Positions 23,470 to 34,410 of a DNA stretch of 51,888 nt are shown piece by piece. Origin of the DNA: Octopus bimaculoides. Lineage: Eukaryota. Position numbers and translations under genes: made by a program. Below the pieces are notes generated by a model, which did not search any database, was not told the DNA's origin, and worked only from the letters and a program-made list of their open reading frames with translations. The DNA lies in assembly GCF_001194135.2 (NCBI RefSeq), contig NC_068983.1:105996340-106048227 (forward strand), read 5' to 3'. Position 1 is the first letter of the stretch; the number at the start of each line of letters is the position of its first letter.

Positions 23470-23667
23470 TATATGTATATTGACCGTTGACTGAACACTA
23501 TTCAATTTTTTTTCTCCGTGTTTTTCTCCTTGTCTCCGTATTCTTTCTGTTGAAGAGCGTAGCTCGAAACGTCAAAGACTTTCTGTATTCCCGAGCGTCA
23601 TACTAATACATCCTTTTGTTATTTACACCACCTGTCCTCGTCTGTTGTTGTTTTTTCGTATATTTTC

Positions 23668-23670
<3 letters not shown>
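23470..23670 (+). mobile_element. Short (TA)n-associated repeat with Penelope-type hammerhead-like motif
   Basis: Contains CTGTTGA-A-GAGC-GTA-GCTC-GAAA-CGTC (23547-23573) and ends directly on (TA)n plus gap. A single copy in the window; boundaries approximate. Confidence 0.45.
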
Positions 23671-23704
<34 letters not shown>

Positions 23705-24027
23705 NNNNNNNNNNNNNNNNNNNNNNNNNNNNNNNNNNNNNNNNNNNNNNNNNNNNNNNNNNNNNNNNNNNNNNNNNNNNNNNNNNNNNNNNNNNNNNNN
23801 NNNNNNNNNNNNNNNNNNNNNNNNNNNNNNNNNNNNNNNNNNNNNNNNNNNNNNNNNNNNNNNNNNNNNNNNNNNNNNNNNNNNNNNNNNNNNNNNNNNN
23901 NNNNNNNNNNNNNNNNNNNNNNNNNNNNNNNNNNNNNNNNNNNNNNNNNNNNNNNNNNNNNNNNNNNNNNNNNNNNNNNNNNNNNNNNNNNNNNNNNNNN
24001 NNNNNNNNNNNNNNNNNNNNNNNNNNN
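23670..24027. other. (TA)n followed by assembly gap (N 23705-24027)
   Basis: Direct reading. Confidence 0.99.
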
Positions 24028-24098
24028 TGGAAATTTTACCGGTGTGTGTGTTAAATTATAAGGCACAAAAAGAAACACAACAGTATGTATGTATGTGC

Positions 24099-24140
<42 letters not shown>

Positions 24141-25820
24141 CGTTAGACGATCACAGTACGAATGCCTTTTGATCAGAGCCAAAGATAAAGAACAACAACG
24201 AAGAGAGCAACGACGTAAAGCTTCTCTCATTAACTCGCAAAATCCTATGGTTGTATGTTATGTCTGCGTTCACGGAAGGGATTCAAAATGCCTATTTATA
24301 TCACTTCTCCGAAGTTAATTACGCTAAAATTAAGCCACCGTCTATAAAGCAGTAAGTTACTGACTGTTATCATGAATCCTTCTTGGTATCAACTACAATG
24401 GACATAACCGGAATATCTCTGTCAAAGAAAAGAAAACAAAAAGTCTGATGGTCCTTGTGTTTGCTCTTATGTTAAATATTTACGTTAAATAAAATTGAAG
24501 TTAACTTTATTTGATGTAAATAACGTTCATCATTAATTTTTTTTTTTTTTACCATCCTGAAGAAAAGGGAAGCTGATTGTGGTAGGTAGAGTGTGAAAAT
24601 ATTTCTATGTTCTAAAGCGACTGCTGCCAAAAGTATTTTGAACACCACGGGGACTAACAACAACAATTCCTGGGAGTAAGCTTGAGCAAATGATAATCAA
24701 CATTCTTAAGTAACTTTTGATGTTTGGTAAAATAATCGAGTATCTAGTGAGTATATGTAAAAAAGAGACACAAAATGTAGCTATCATTAATTTTTCTTTA
24801 AACTAAAAAAAGTGTACTCTTTCTTTTTAATCGCCTTAGTTTGAAATCAACTGTTCAATTCCAAAATATCAAATTGACGAATTAGGAGATGGATGCAGAG
24901 AATTTGACAAAACTTACCTTTTCTGTTGTTTTATCTGATGTAACAGTTTGGTTTTATTTACAACAATCTTCTTTATTTTTTCTTTTAAAGACTTTTCAAA
25001 TATGATGTTGTAAGTAATTCTATAATTAGCAAGATAGTTAAGGTTACTATAACACACTTGGAGAAGTTTACAGACTGTGTTTACGTGGTCTTTGAAGATT
25101 CATACATCTGTATCATGGCTCATTGACCAGTTCAAGCAGGAAATACAAGAGATGTGAAAATGGTTGGTGTGAATTAATCAGTAGGAGACCAAACACTCGT
25201 TACTGTAACTGTCTCCAAACACATAAGCTAAGCTGATATAATGTAATACGTAGAATGTAGTAACACAAAACTGGGAAGTTCTGTAACGTTTAATTCGTGT
25301 CTTCCGGCGCCTCTCTTCACTAGTTTTAAACAGAATAAGTCTGTAATACCGATTGTGGTATAGGAAATACTCAACGGGTATCTTTAAGGGTGGAAACTGA
25401 TTAGTTCTTCCAGGTGTCCTCGGTACGGGGGTAAACATGTCAGTATGAGCATACATGAGATAACTTTAGATGAGTTTCTTCTTTATTTTTCTCCCTCACT
25501 TCTTTCTTTCTATCTATTTTTATTTCGACTAGGCTAGATTAAGACTGTAATCAAATAATTATTTTATATGAAGTCTTTGAATACGAAGGATGGGAGAGAA
25601 AATGAACGATCAAGAAAAAGAGGAATATTGGAGAGGTATTGATAAAGAAGAGTAATGTGACGAAAAGCAATGTTGGTAAGTAATAAAATAATCTTTAAAA
25701 AAAAAATAGTCAGATATGAAATGTGTGGGAGTGGATAAGTTAGCGGTAGGAGGGAGAGATTATTCAACACGAGCCGAACAGCTGCGGTCGTTGCATATCG
25801 AGTTACTTCATGCCAATGAT

Positions 25821-25823
<3 letters not shown>

Positions 25824-25877
<54 letters not shown>
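25824..25877. repeat. (TA)n microsatellite
   Basis: Direct reading. Confidence 0.99.
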
Positions 25878-25888
<11 letters not shown>

Positions 25889-27039
25889 CGATCATACATA
25901 CATATATACATACACTAGCATATTCATCGTTGTGGATGCATGTTAGTACAGATCATACTTTTTTTTTTTTTTTTGAAAAAATATTTTTAAATATATATAT
26001 ATATATTAATTTCACTGTTCTTTTCAACACCAAAAGGAAACAAGAACAGAAATTGCAGTCGAGTGCAAAGATTCTTCTGTGGCTTGGCGGATAAGGGTGG
26101 AGGCTTTCTGAGTAGAGGAAGCGTGTACTAATCTCATCTCAGTTTACAGTTTTTTTCCACTTATTAAACCTCAATTTAACATCAGGTGAAAATCTATTTA
26201 ATTAATGCCATGGTTCTCTAACATATGTTGGTACCAAGTGTGTGGACTAATATATTCTTTAGGGTTAAAATACACAAAAAGTATCGTTAGCTACGATCTG
26301 TTGGAACGAGATTTTTGCTTTTACTGATTTCTTAGATCAACTCTGAACATGCAGACCTATGATCTAATTCCAACCATGAATATCTCACCCATCCTTATAT
26401 AACCTTCTAAGAGTTCAAGGGATTTTGAGCTGCTATTTTTTGCAGTTCATGTGACCAAGTAGTAGCTCGTTCGATGGTACGTGCAACGTGCAAAGATGAA
26501 TTAATAAAACATGGACTGACTGACTGATGTGATGGTTTCAACGGTGTCCAGTAAATTCATCGCTGTAAATATGCCAGTTTACATCGCCTGGGTAGTGGGT
26601 AATAACCTCAATCATAACTACAGGGCGTAACGACCTTGTCTTAGATGAGTACTAGGCACAGCTGGCTCTGGCAGACAGTGTCTGTAACGAGCAGTTATTT
26701 AGGATTACGGATCCTCTCTTGACTTCGAAATTTTGGGTAAGTATCTGGCATAACCGGTTAGAGACCGGTGCGAAAAAAGAGGGATGGAGTGCAAAGCTTG
26801 CAGCCTTCCCTACAGTATTCAAATTACAGAAACGAGTCAGCTTATGCTCCTTGGAGAGCGGCAGAAACTAAGACTACGAATTTCATTGCAAAGTGATTAC
26901 ATGGCGAGCCTTTACATCGTTGTATTTATTTATATATTTACTTGCAGAGTAGATATAATGCCAAATCATATTTAGAAGTTTTAGGGTAATTACATCGCAT
27001 TTCATAAGCAGTGAAAAAGTAAATCAGAGACAAAGAAAT

Positions 27040-27173
27040 ATTCTTTTCTACTCTAGGCACAAGGCCCGAAATTTTGGGGGAAGGGGCCAGTCGATTAGAT
27101 CGACCCCAGTACGCAACTGGTACTTAATTTATCGACCCCGAAAAGATGAAAGGCAAAGTCGACTTCGGTGGAA
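27040..27173 (-). mobile_element. SINE-A, 5'-truncated
   Basis: CTAGGCACAAGGCCCGAAATTTTGGGGG..GGTACTTAATTTATCGACCCCGAAAAGATGAAAGGCAAAGTCGACTTCGGTGGA, then homology ends. Confidence 0.85.
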
Positions 27174-27360
27174 AGAGATAAAGAAATATTAAATATTAAA
27201 TTTGCTCAACAGCCACAGTCAAAAAGCCAAAGCTCACAACTCCGAAAAAAAATACAGTATTTTTACTCAGTTTTCATTTGGGGGAAAGAAGAATTATTCT
27301 AAAAAAATAAATGATAAATTATGAGTAATGCTCTTAAAATAATCCAGTATTCCGTGACTT

Positions 27361-27520
27361 NNNNNNNNNNNNNNNNNNNNNNNNNNNNNNNNNNNNNNNN
27401 NNNNNNNNNNNNNNNNNNNNNNNNNNNNNNNNNNNNNNNNNNNNNNNNNNNNNNNNNNNNNNNNNNNNNNNNNNNNNNNNNNNNNNNNNNNNNNNNNNNN
27501 NNNNNNNNNNNNNNNNNNNN
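27361..27520. other. Assembly gap
   Basis: N run. Confidence 1.
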
Positions 27521-28494
27521 CTGTTTTGAAGATTTATAAAAATTTCGTGATCGAAGGATGAAATTTTTTCTTTGCCTTTGAATTTCTTTTCTAATTCGCA
27601 ATGAAATTCTTCTCCGGTTGCGCTGTTTCCGCGGATTCCCATAACTCTCTGTCACCATCCAATTCCATTATAATGAATTTGAATTGGGAGTTTGAGTTAT
27701 AGTGAATCTTTCTGTTATGTTTCCCTCGGACTGACTCGCAGAGATAACATAACGAGTTATACAATTTAATTATTACATTTATTGTTCAATTACATACAAA
27801 GAACGCACTCACCCAATGTTCGTTATGAATAAACAAAAGTCATGTCCGCCATATATATATCAATGACATTTTACTACGACAGTCCCACAAGACAACAACA
27901 ATGAAACAATGAACTCAGACGAACCACATGACACACGGAACGTCAGACGAATTACATATCTAACAGTCCATATAACACTTTCATTAACTGCTTACACAAC
28001 CATGGATGCCACCCCTATGGATGCATTACAGTTACTCTCTTGATAGACCTTGATGATCCTGACTGTTGATCTTCTAGGATTCCTCCGCTCAACAACAATG
28101 TAAGAAGCACCATTGGTTCAGTTGAGCTCCCCGCTATCTTTTCACAATCAGCTATGCTGCAGTTCCATGACTTCGCTATATCCCTAGCAGGGTGGCTGAA
28201 CGGGTGCTATGCCTTGCCATGGGACAACCAGTAACTATGCAGGGTACCGTTGTCACTCTGTGGGGTGGATTCAAAATACCAGCATACCCGCTTTAATGAA
28301 ATACAGTGTACTTACTCTGAGAATTACAAAATAATTAAATATGTTTAGCGATGTATTTACTTGGGGGATAAAAAACATAATAATGCTGGCATTGTACTTG
28401 GCTTGTAATGTAATTATTACCTTGCAGTGAAGTTAGCAGGCGATTTATTTGCCGCGATGTAATTAATGCGATCAATTTACAGGAAACCAGTTAT

Positions 28495-28680
28495 TACATG
28501 TATGAATGAGATAACCATGAGGTGTATGGATGAGATGGTTACGACAGGTAGGGATAACTAAACACGTAAGAATGAGATGGTTATGGCATGTAGTGATGAG
28601 TTAGATACATGTTAAGACGAGTTGGCTACGACATGACTTAGTTAAGACGGGTAGGGCTGAGTTAGCTTATACATGTAGTA
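28495..28680. repeat. Degenerate ~25-bp minisatellite (GATGAGATGGTTACGACATGTAG-like unit)
   Basis: Recurring (A/C/T)GAG(A/T)T(GG/AG)(T/C)TA..ACA(T/G)G(T)A motif about 7 times. Confidence 0.65.
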
Positions 28681-28897
28681 ATAAAGGGATCAGATAAATA
28701 AGACATTCTGGAACGGAACAATGCTATTTGAACTCTTCTGTACAAATCATATCTATAGCATTCTTTCCCCATTCTTCTCTGAAGTATCGCACAAAATCGA
28801 GGCTCAGATCAGCTTCGAACGAATGAATAAGCGCCACTACATGTATTAACCACTCTACTCGTGTTTGCGAACTCAAAAATTTGTGTGTAATATAATC

Positions 28898-28900
<3 letters not shown>

Positions 28901-28937
<37 letters not shown>

Positions 28938-28947
28938 NNNNNNNNNN

Positions 28948-28990
<43 letters not shown>
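28901..28990. repeat. (AG)n microsatellite with internal 10-N gap (28938-28947)
   Basis: Direct reading. Confidence 0.99.
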
Positions 28991-28991
<1 letters not shown>

Positions 28992-29196
28992 AACATCAAC
29001 AGTTAACTGGTTTATTAAGTATGTTTTTATGAAATAAAACATCCATTAATTAGAGTCTACATTAAATGCTTGCTTTAAGCTTGGAGAATTTAAAACGGAA
29101 AGATATCGATAAGGCAGTGGTGCTATGAAAATTCACAATTTGCTCATTTGTCATGAGTGGTCGTTCTCTTTGAAACTTGACATCAAGAAAGATAGC

Positions 29197-29370
29197 TTTT
29201 ATCTGTTACTTGTTTCAGTCATTGGACTGCGGCCATGCTGGGGCACCGCTTTAAAAGATTTAGTACAACATATTGATTCCGGTACTTAATTTTAAAGTCT
29301 GGTACATATTCTATCCGTCTAGCTTACGAGGATGTAAATAAACTAACACCGGTTGTCAAGCCGGGGTAGG
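29197..29370 (-). mobile_element. 3' extension segment of composite SINE-B
   Basis: TTACTTGTTTCAGTCATTGGACTGCGGCCATGCTGGGGCACCGC..CCGGTTGTCAAGC. Confidence 0.8.
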
Positions 29371-30408
29371 GAACATTCGAGATTCAAAAGATATTCGTAA
29401 AATATACATTAACACGTATATTTGCATGTTACTATGATGACAATATACACACGCGTGCATATACAGACACACTTATTTAAAAAAAAAATATTGTATATTA
29501 TGAAATAAAATGTTTATTCTGAAAATTAAGGATAAGTCGTTAAAACAGTTAAGTTTGGGGGTTATGTAAAGACTTCTATTATTTACTCGTGTTGTTTAAA
29601 TAAGCTTAATCTTCACAGTCAGAACCGTCAGGATCAAGAAATAAAATGAGTCACCTGCCCCTTTTCATCCACCTGCTGGCCAAATTCTATGTGAGGCTTT
29701 CCACAAAAATCTGTTGGCAAGCGGAAAGACTGGTAAACAACTTAGATGCGACACAAAAGTGCACAGCAGACAATAGTTCATGTGTAATTAAATTCATTTC
29801 TGTGAGCTGTCTCTTGCTAGTTCAATATAGTTACAGCAGCTGGCTTCATCTGAATAAACCTAGCACAGTGCTATTGTCAAACTTTAAAGCTCTTTCTGCA
29901 GAAGCAATATTTAACACGTCTCTCTCCCATTCTCCTCGTAGCCCATGTGACTTGTGTGTGACAAATGGACACTGAGTGTGTAATGTAAATCCATTCAACA
30001 AACGGCTGTGAACACATACCAGATGGTTTAATAAGTAGAGAAAGAGAGGGAAGAAAAATTAAGTAATTCATCTTTTTCTCTCTCACGCTTATCATCTATC
30101 ATGATGTATTTATATTTATGTGGCATTTTAAAAGTGATAGTAAACTATTATTTTTGAAGAGTACTTCTAACCAAGGATATTATTGACGATATTTTGACAA
30201 CTAATCACCAGTGGGACTGAGGAGTACTAAGAGAAAATGTCTTTGAAGTAGATAAAAGTTTGAAAAAAAAAATAAAAAGACTAACAATAAGAAAAGAAGC
30301 AGTTTCATTGCTTGGATGCTCGGAGAGAAAATACAAGTACGGGAAGAGTTGTTTTCTTTTTATCTTTTTTATGCGAGAAGCCTACAATTAGAAAGTATTC
30401 AATATATA

Positions 30409-30620
30409 CGAGAGAGGAATTGAAAAATTCCTGGCTTTAAGGGTGTCGCGAAAGGCCTGGTTGGAGGCCCAACCTTCCGAGTTCTTTTACAGGGATAAGA
30501 AAAACCGAAGGGCAATAAGCGTGTGAATCTGAGAGGGGAATATGTTGAATAAAATCATAATTAACTGATCTTCCTGTATTTTCTTTAACCCAAAGCCAGG
30601 AACTATTCAGCACTTCTTCG
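30409..30620 (+). mobile_element. Mariner-derived MITE, copy 2
   Basis: TA at 30407-30408 and 30621-30622. Interior collinear with 17674-17890 (CCTGGCTTTAAGGGTGTCG..GGAGGCCCAACCTTCC..GTGTGAATCTGAGAGGGGAATATGTT..AAAGCCAGGAA). Confidence 0.85.
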
Positions 30621-32084
30621 TAAATATATATTTGAAGTATATGCCAGAAAACAATGCCTCTACCTAAATCATAAACCAAGAACGTGACTTAATTTAGATT
30701 CAGTGTTGAAACTGCTTTACTTCGCCTATACTTCCTGATGGTTTTGAGAAATGCGTGATAGCCACGAAATTTCACCCCCCCCCCCACCAAATATTTTCCA
30801 TTGTGCCTGTTTAAAAAAAAATCAATATTTCATGTTCCATACAAATCAAGAATGCAACGCTGATATGGACTTTGCATTGATACGCATTCACTATTTGCAT
30901 TACTAATGTCTTTTGTATAATGTATGAATATCACAACTTTTTATTTCCTTCCTTTAAAATATAAAGCGTTTTTGTCTAGTCAAGCAAAACCAATATTTCA
31001 GATCAACTTTATGACGCCGAAACCTGTGAGTCAGGTCTGCATTTATACTAGAAAAGGAATCATATCAATGCGTTTGGGAAAGGTATAAATGCCTCATAAT
31101 CTTGTTTGACATTCTACTAAAATAATAAGGCTTCTTGTTCATATAAGAAACGAATATTTTGGTAAACTTTTACTATTACAACCCGTCTCACGAGATCACT
31201 GGACTTTAGAAATCTACTTTATGGAGACGAATAAGTGCAAGGAATTAGGTAGTTGTTTGTTTCTGTGGAAGAAATTTTTTGTCCAAAAGACTTATATTTT
31301 TACATTTTGCCATCTTCTCCCAATTTCATACTCTTTGTTCAGTAAACTTTTTCTATTATACCCGTAATAAAAGAAAAAAATATATATATTAAGAGAAGAC
31401 GGAACTAAGGTGTATAATTATACGTATGACGAAAAGTAAAACGATTATGTCATGATGGCGATGATTATGATGCTGCTGCTGCTGTTATGTTGGTGGTGAT
31501 GATTGTGATAAGTACGACGATAATGTTAGATTTGACAGAGTAGATGGAACATAAAACATTGTACGAAACAGGAAGAAAGACCTACTTCTTCGGTATAAGT
31601 TTATGAAGGTTTGCTTAAAGCAGCCATGAATGACTAAATCAGGTTAGCTGGTACTATAATTAATTTCTTTTCATAGTATCAAAACATTTAATATAAATTT
31701 TAAAGCAAACACAGAAACATGAATAGATTTTGAATTATTATCATTATAGGATTTCTTGCACAGATACCTGGTTACCAAGTTTCTATTATATGTAGGCGAG
31801 TGAAATGAATAGATGACATAACGTACACGCCTTTTCAATCGCTTTAAATGAGTGACAGAAATTGCCTCCTCCGGATATTGAGCTTGCAGAATTAGTTCGC
31901 TCAGCACTTTTATCTCATGTTTTATGCTGATAACTATGAATGACTGTCCGTCCCAACACAACACTTGAAATAAAAATGGTGTTTTATGGGATGCAACTTG
32001 ATAATTTTTTTCGCTACAATACTATGTGTGTTTTTTCTAATAATAAAAAAAAAACAGATGAAAATAACGAGTTCAATGAATTTT

Positions 32085-32397
32085 CCATCCAACCAACCAT
32101 CTTTTCTGCCCACTGTTCCTGGGAGGATCGTGGTGGGGGTAGAGTTCTCAGGCACCTCCTCCTTGGGGAGGCTCGATTCCCAAACATGACCAACTGAGAC
32201 TATGGATATAATCCAACCATCTCCTTCTTTGTCAACCACTAGGTCTCCTATCGATTGGTTCGGCCTGAAGAATCCGTTTTGCGATTCTTTCCTCTAACAA
32301 TCTAATCATGTCTGTAGTATCGGAGATGTGACCTATCAAGGCATGTAAGAAACGTCTCGACCTGGAGAGGCTCCCTGATCTCCGAGCTACTCATTCT
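32085..32397 (-). mobile_element. RTE-clade LINE 3' end (Rex3/Expander-like)
   Basis: Minus strand SSEIREPLQVETFLTCLDRSHLRYY, then after a frameshift IRLLEERIAKRILQAEPIDRRPSG*QRRRWLDYIHSLSWSCLGIEP. 3' terminus GAAAAGATGGTTGGTTGGATGG. Confidence 0.8.
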
Positions 32398-32429
32398 AAA
32401 TTATAAACTCCATAGTTTATAATATGGAC

Positions 32430-32685
32430 CAGTGATCTTCAACCAGTTTTTTGCCAATGGACCCTATTAGGTTCTATTTTACTCTGGACGGGAAGACCCT
32501 TATAGTCAGTCAATACTTGAAAACTCCTATATTTTCATGATTAAATATTATTAGGAATTATATAAAAAATGTTTAAATATGTTGCGTATTGTAGAAATAT
32601 AAGCAATTTATTGAGCATAATTTTTAACAACAAAATCTTATATGGACCCCCAAAGAGTCGTATGGACCCCAGTTGAGAACCATTG
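32430..32685. mobile_element. hAT-Charlie-type MITE
   Basis: Termini CAGTGATCTTCAACC / GTTGAGAACCATTG. Flanks ATATGGAC / ATCTAGAC match 6/8, and the right flank fits the Charlie NTCTAGAN target. Subterminal TATGGACCCC repeats. Confidence 0.75.
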
Positions 32686-33128
32686 ATCTAGACTATTACT
32701 CCATAAACTGTGTGCTTCGGCAAGTGAAGCGTCACACAGCAATTCAGCACACACACATACACATATATGTAAATGTATGTAATCATTTAATTGATGTAAT
32801 AAGTACTTCGAAAATGAGGGGAAAAAAACAAAAAAGACTATTGGGTTAACAGTCATATTTGTGTTACACGAGCTCAAAAACGCTTCGGAACCGCTGATCA
32901 CACATTTTATTTACATCAAATTCCCGGAAAACAATCTAGCTATTGTTATTATTTAATGCCATCATATTTATAGAACGATGGAGATGCTAGGCAGATCGAT
33001 AGAGTGCTAAACAATGAGGTGGGCGCTAGAAGTTCGAATCCTCTCACTGGTATTTAAGGCCAGGGAACGAAATGTGACAAAGCAGAACACGACTACATTT
33101 AGGTCTTGGAAGAAAAGATTCCCACAAA

Positions 33129-33130
<2 letters not shown>

Positions 33131-33162
<32 letters not shown>
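33131..33162. repeat. (TTA)n microsatellite, probable tail of the adjacent minus-strand SINE
   Basis: Direct reading. Confidence 0.95.
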
Positions 33163-33164
<2 letters not shown>

Positions 33165-33165
<1 letters not shown>

Positions 33166-33450
33166 CAGTGTGTTTAGGCATTTTGCCAAGGACTTCATAA
33201 GAAAATGCCTGGTTGGAAATTGGCCCAAGTGCACCAGCAATGACTTCATACTGAACAGCTGCCTTATCAACAACGTGGACATATGTTTACGGACTCATGT
33301 GGTGCACCACCTCTGTTCATGAGGCCGGTGCTTAATAGGATTTTCGAGATGTTGAAGTTGAAAATAGAAGACTTATCCCACCCCATGAACGGGACATCAT
33401 TCCATCGCAGGGCTAAGCCCTGGCACTACCGGTACTCATATTAAACTGCA
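33165..33450 (-). mobile_element. Probable SINE body/3' part
   Basis: Minus strand ATGAGTACCGG..GCCCTGCGATGGAATGATGTCCCGTTCATGGGG resembles a conserved central domain of metazoan SINEs (from memory) and ends in an (AAT)n tail. Confidence 0.45.
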
Positions 33451-34144
33451 TTCAATCTTTTATTTCCAACTTGCATGATAGAGGCTGCGGGTATTTTTTT
33501 TGAGTAAATGAGCTCGTCAGATATTCACAAGCCTCTCTTCGGTGCTTTGGGCGTCGGACTGATATACTGGGTGAAACCACTCCGCCTTTTTTGGCTCAAG
33601 TGAAAAACATACTACGATTACCAAATACCACAAAATATTTTGTGCGGAGATCTACCGATTCATTTAATCGACTACCCATATTTGTTTAAATCAGCAGTTT
33701 ATTTATGAACGTGTGATATCGACTCAAACTAAAAGTAATTGCTCAGAGCTTAGTTTAAATTTAACAGTTTCAGTTAGTGAGCTTGAAGTTGTAAACATCG
33801 AGAGTCGAGTTCATATCGTTAAAAGTTTCCCCATTGTACCTTGTAGCTCAAGACCTAACCTTAACAATTTTAATGAATATTGTATCAATTTTTTTTTTCA
33901 AAATAGTCATGACATTTCTTCAATAAAAAGACAAATTTCTGATCTAGAAGGAAAAGTTTCCGATTAAGGTGGAATTATGTTTGACATTAATTCCAAAAAG
34001 CATATTACTAGAATGTAAAGTATAAAAACACGAAATTTTTCACCAAAAATATACAAAAGGCTATTATGCTGAGCGAGGTAAAAACAACAAAATTCGAAAC
34101 TTCAATCGCATTGTAGCTAATGATGATTCATTTTTTTCTTTTTC

Positions 34145-34410
34145 TGCTATACCTATTGGCGTCAGCAATCATGGGGCTCTATTTCCTGTCCACACATAAC
34201 TTTCCGTAGCCAGTTGTCTTCTCCGGCGTTTTCTTCCGTTTAGTTTTCTAGTTGTCACTAAGTGTTCAAGACTGTCTTCTCACACTAATGTTTAATGAGC
34301 TTAGACTGTTGCCACCTTACGCTGTTAAGGAGTTTTCTTGTGGTTTCTGTTCGTCCAAGGATCTCAATGCTTGTTACTTTATCTGTTAGATCACTAAAGC
34401 CGAACGAAAC
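34145..34410 (-). mobile_element. RTE-clade LINE 3' remnant
   Basis: Minus strand TDKVTSIEILGRTETTRKLLNSVRWQQSKLIKH, then SLEHLVTTRKLNGRKRRRRQ and MIADANRYS, matching RTE ISWTDKVTN..L...LEHLVTTGK.EGKR.RGRQ...MIA.A. Confidence 0.75.

Noticed and set aside
27521-27660. Minus-strand GTGACAGA-GAGTTATGGGAATCCGCG-GAAACAGCG as a second hammerhead, or ORF MGIRGNSATGEEFHCELEKKF as a transposase start
   Set aside because: The core box and stem II do not form properly, and the peptide is too short and runs into a gap. Neither reading is supportable.
33713-33967. ORF ending DISSIKRQISDLEGKVSD resembling a LINE ORF1 coiled coil
   Set aside because: The similarity is generic, the start is GTG, and there is no adjacent ORF2 evidence.
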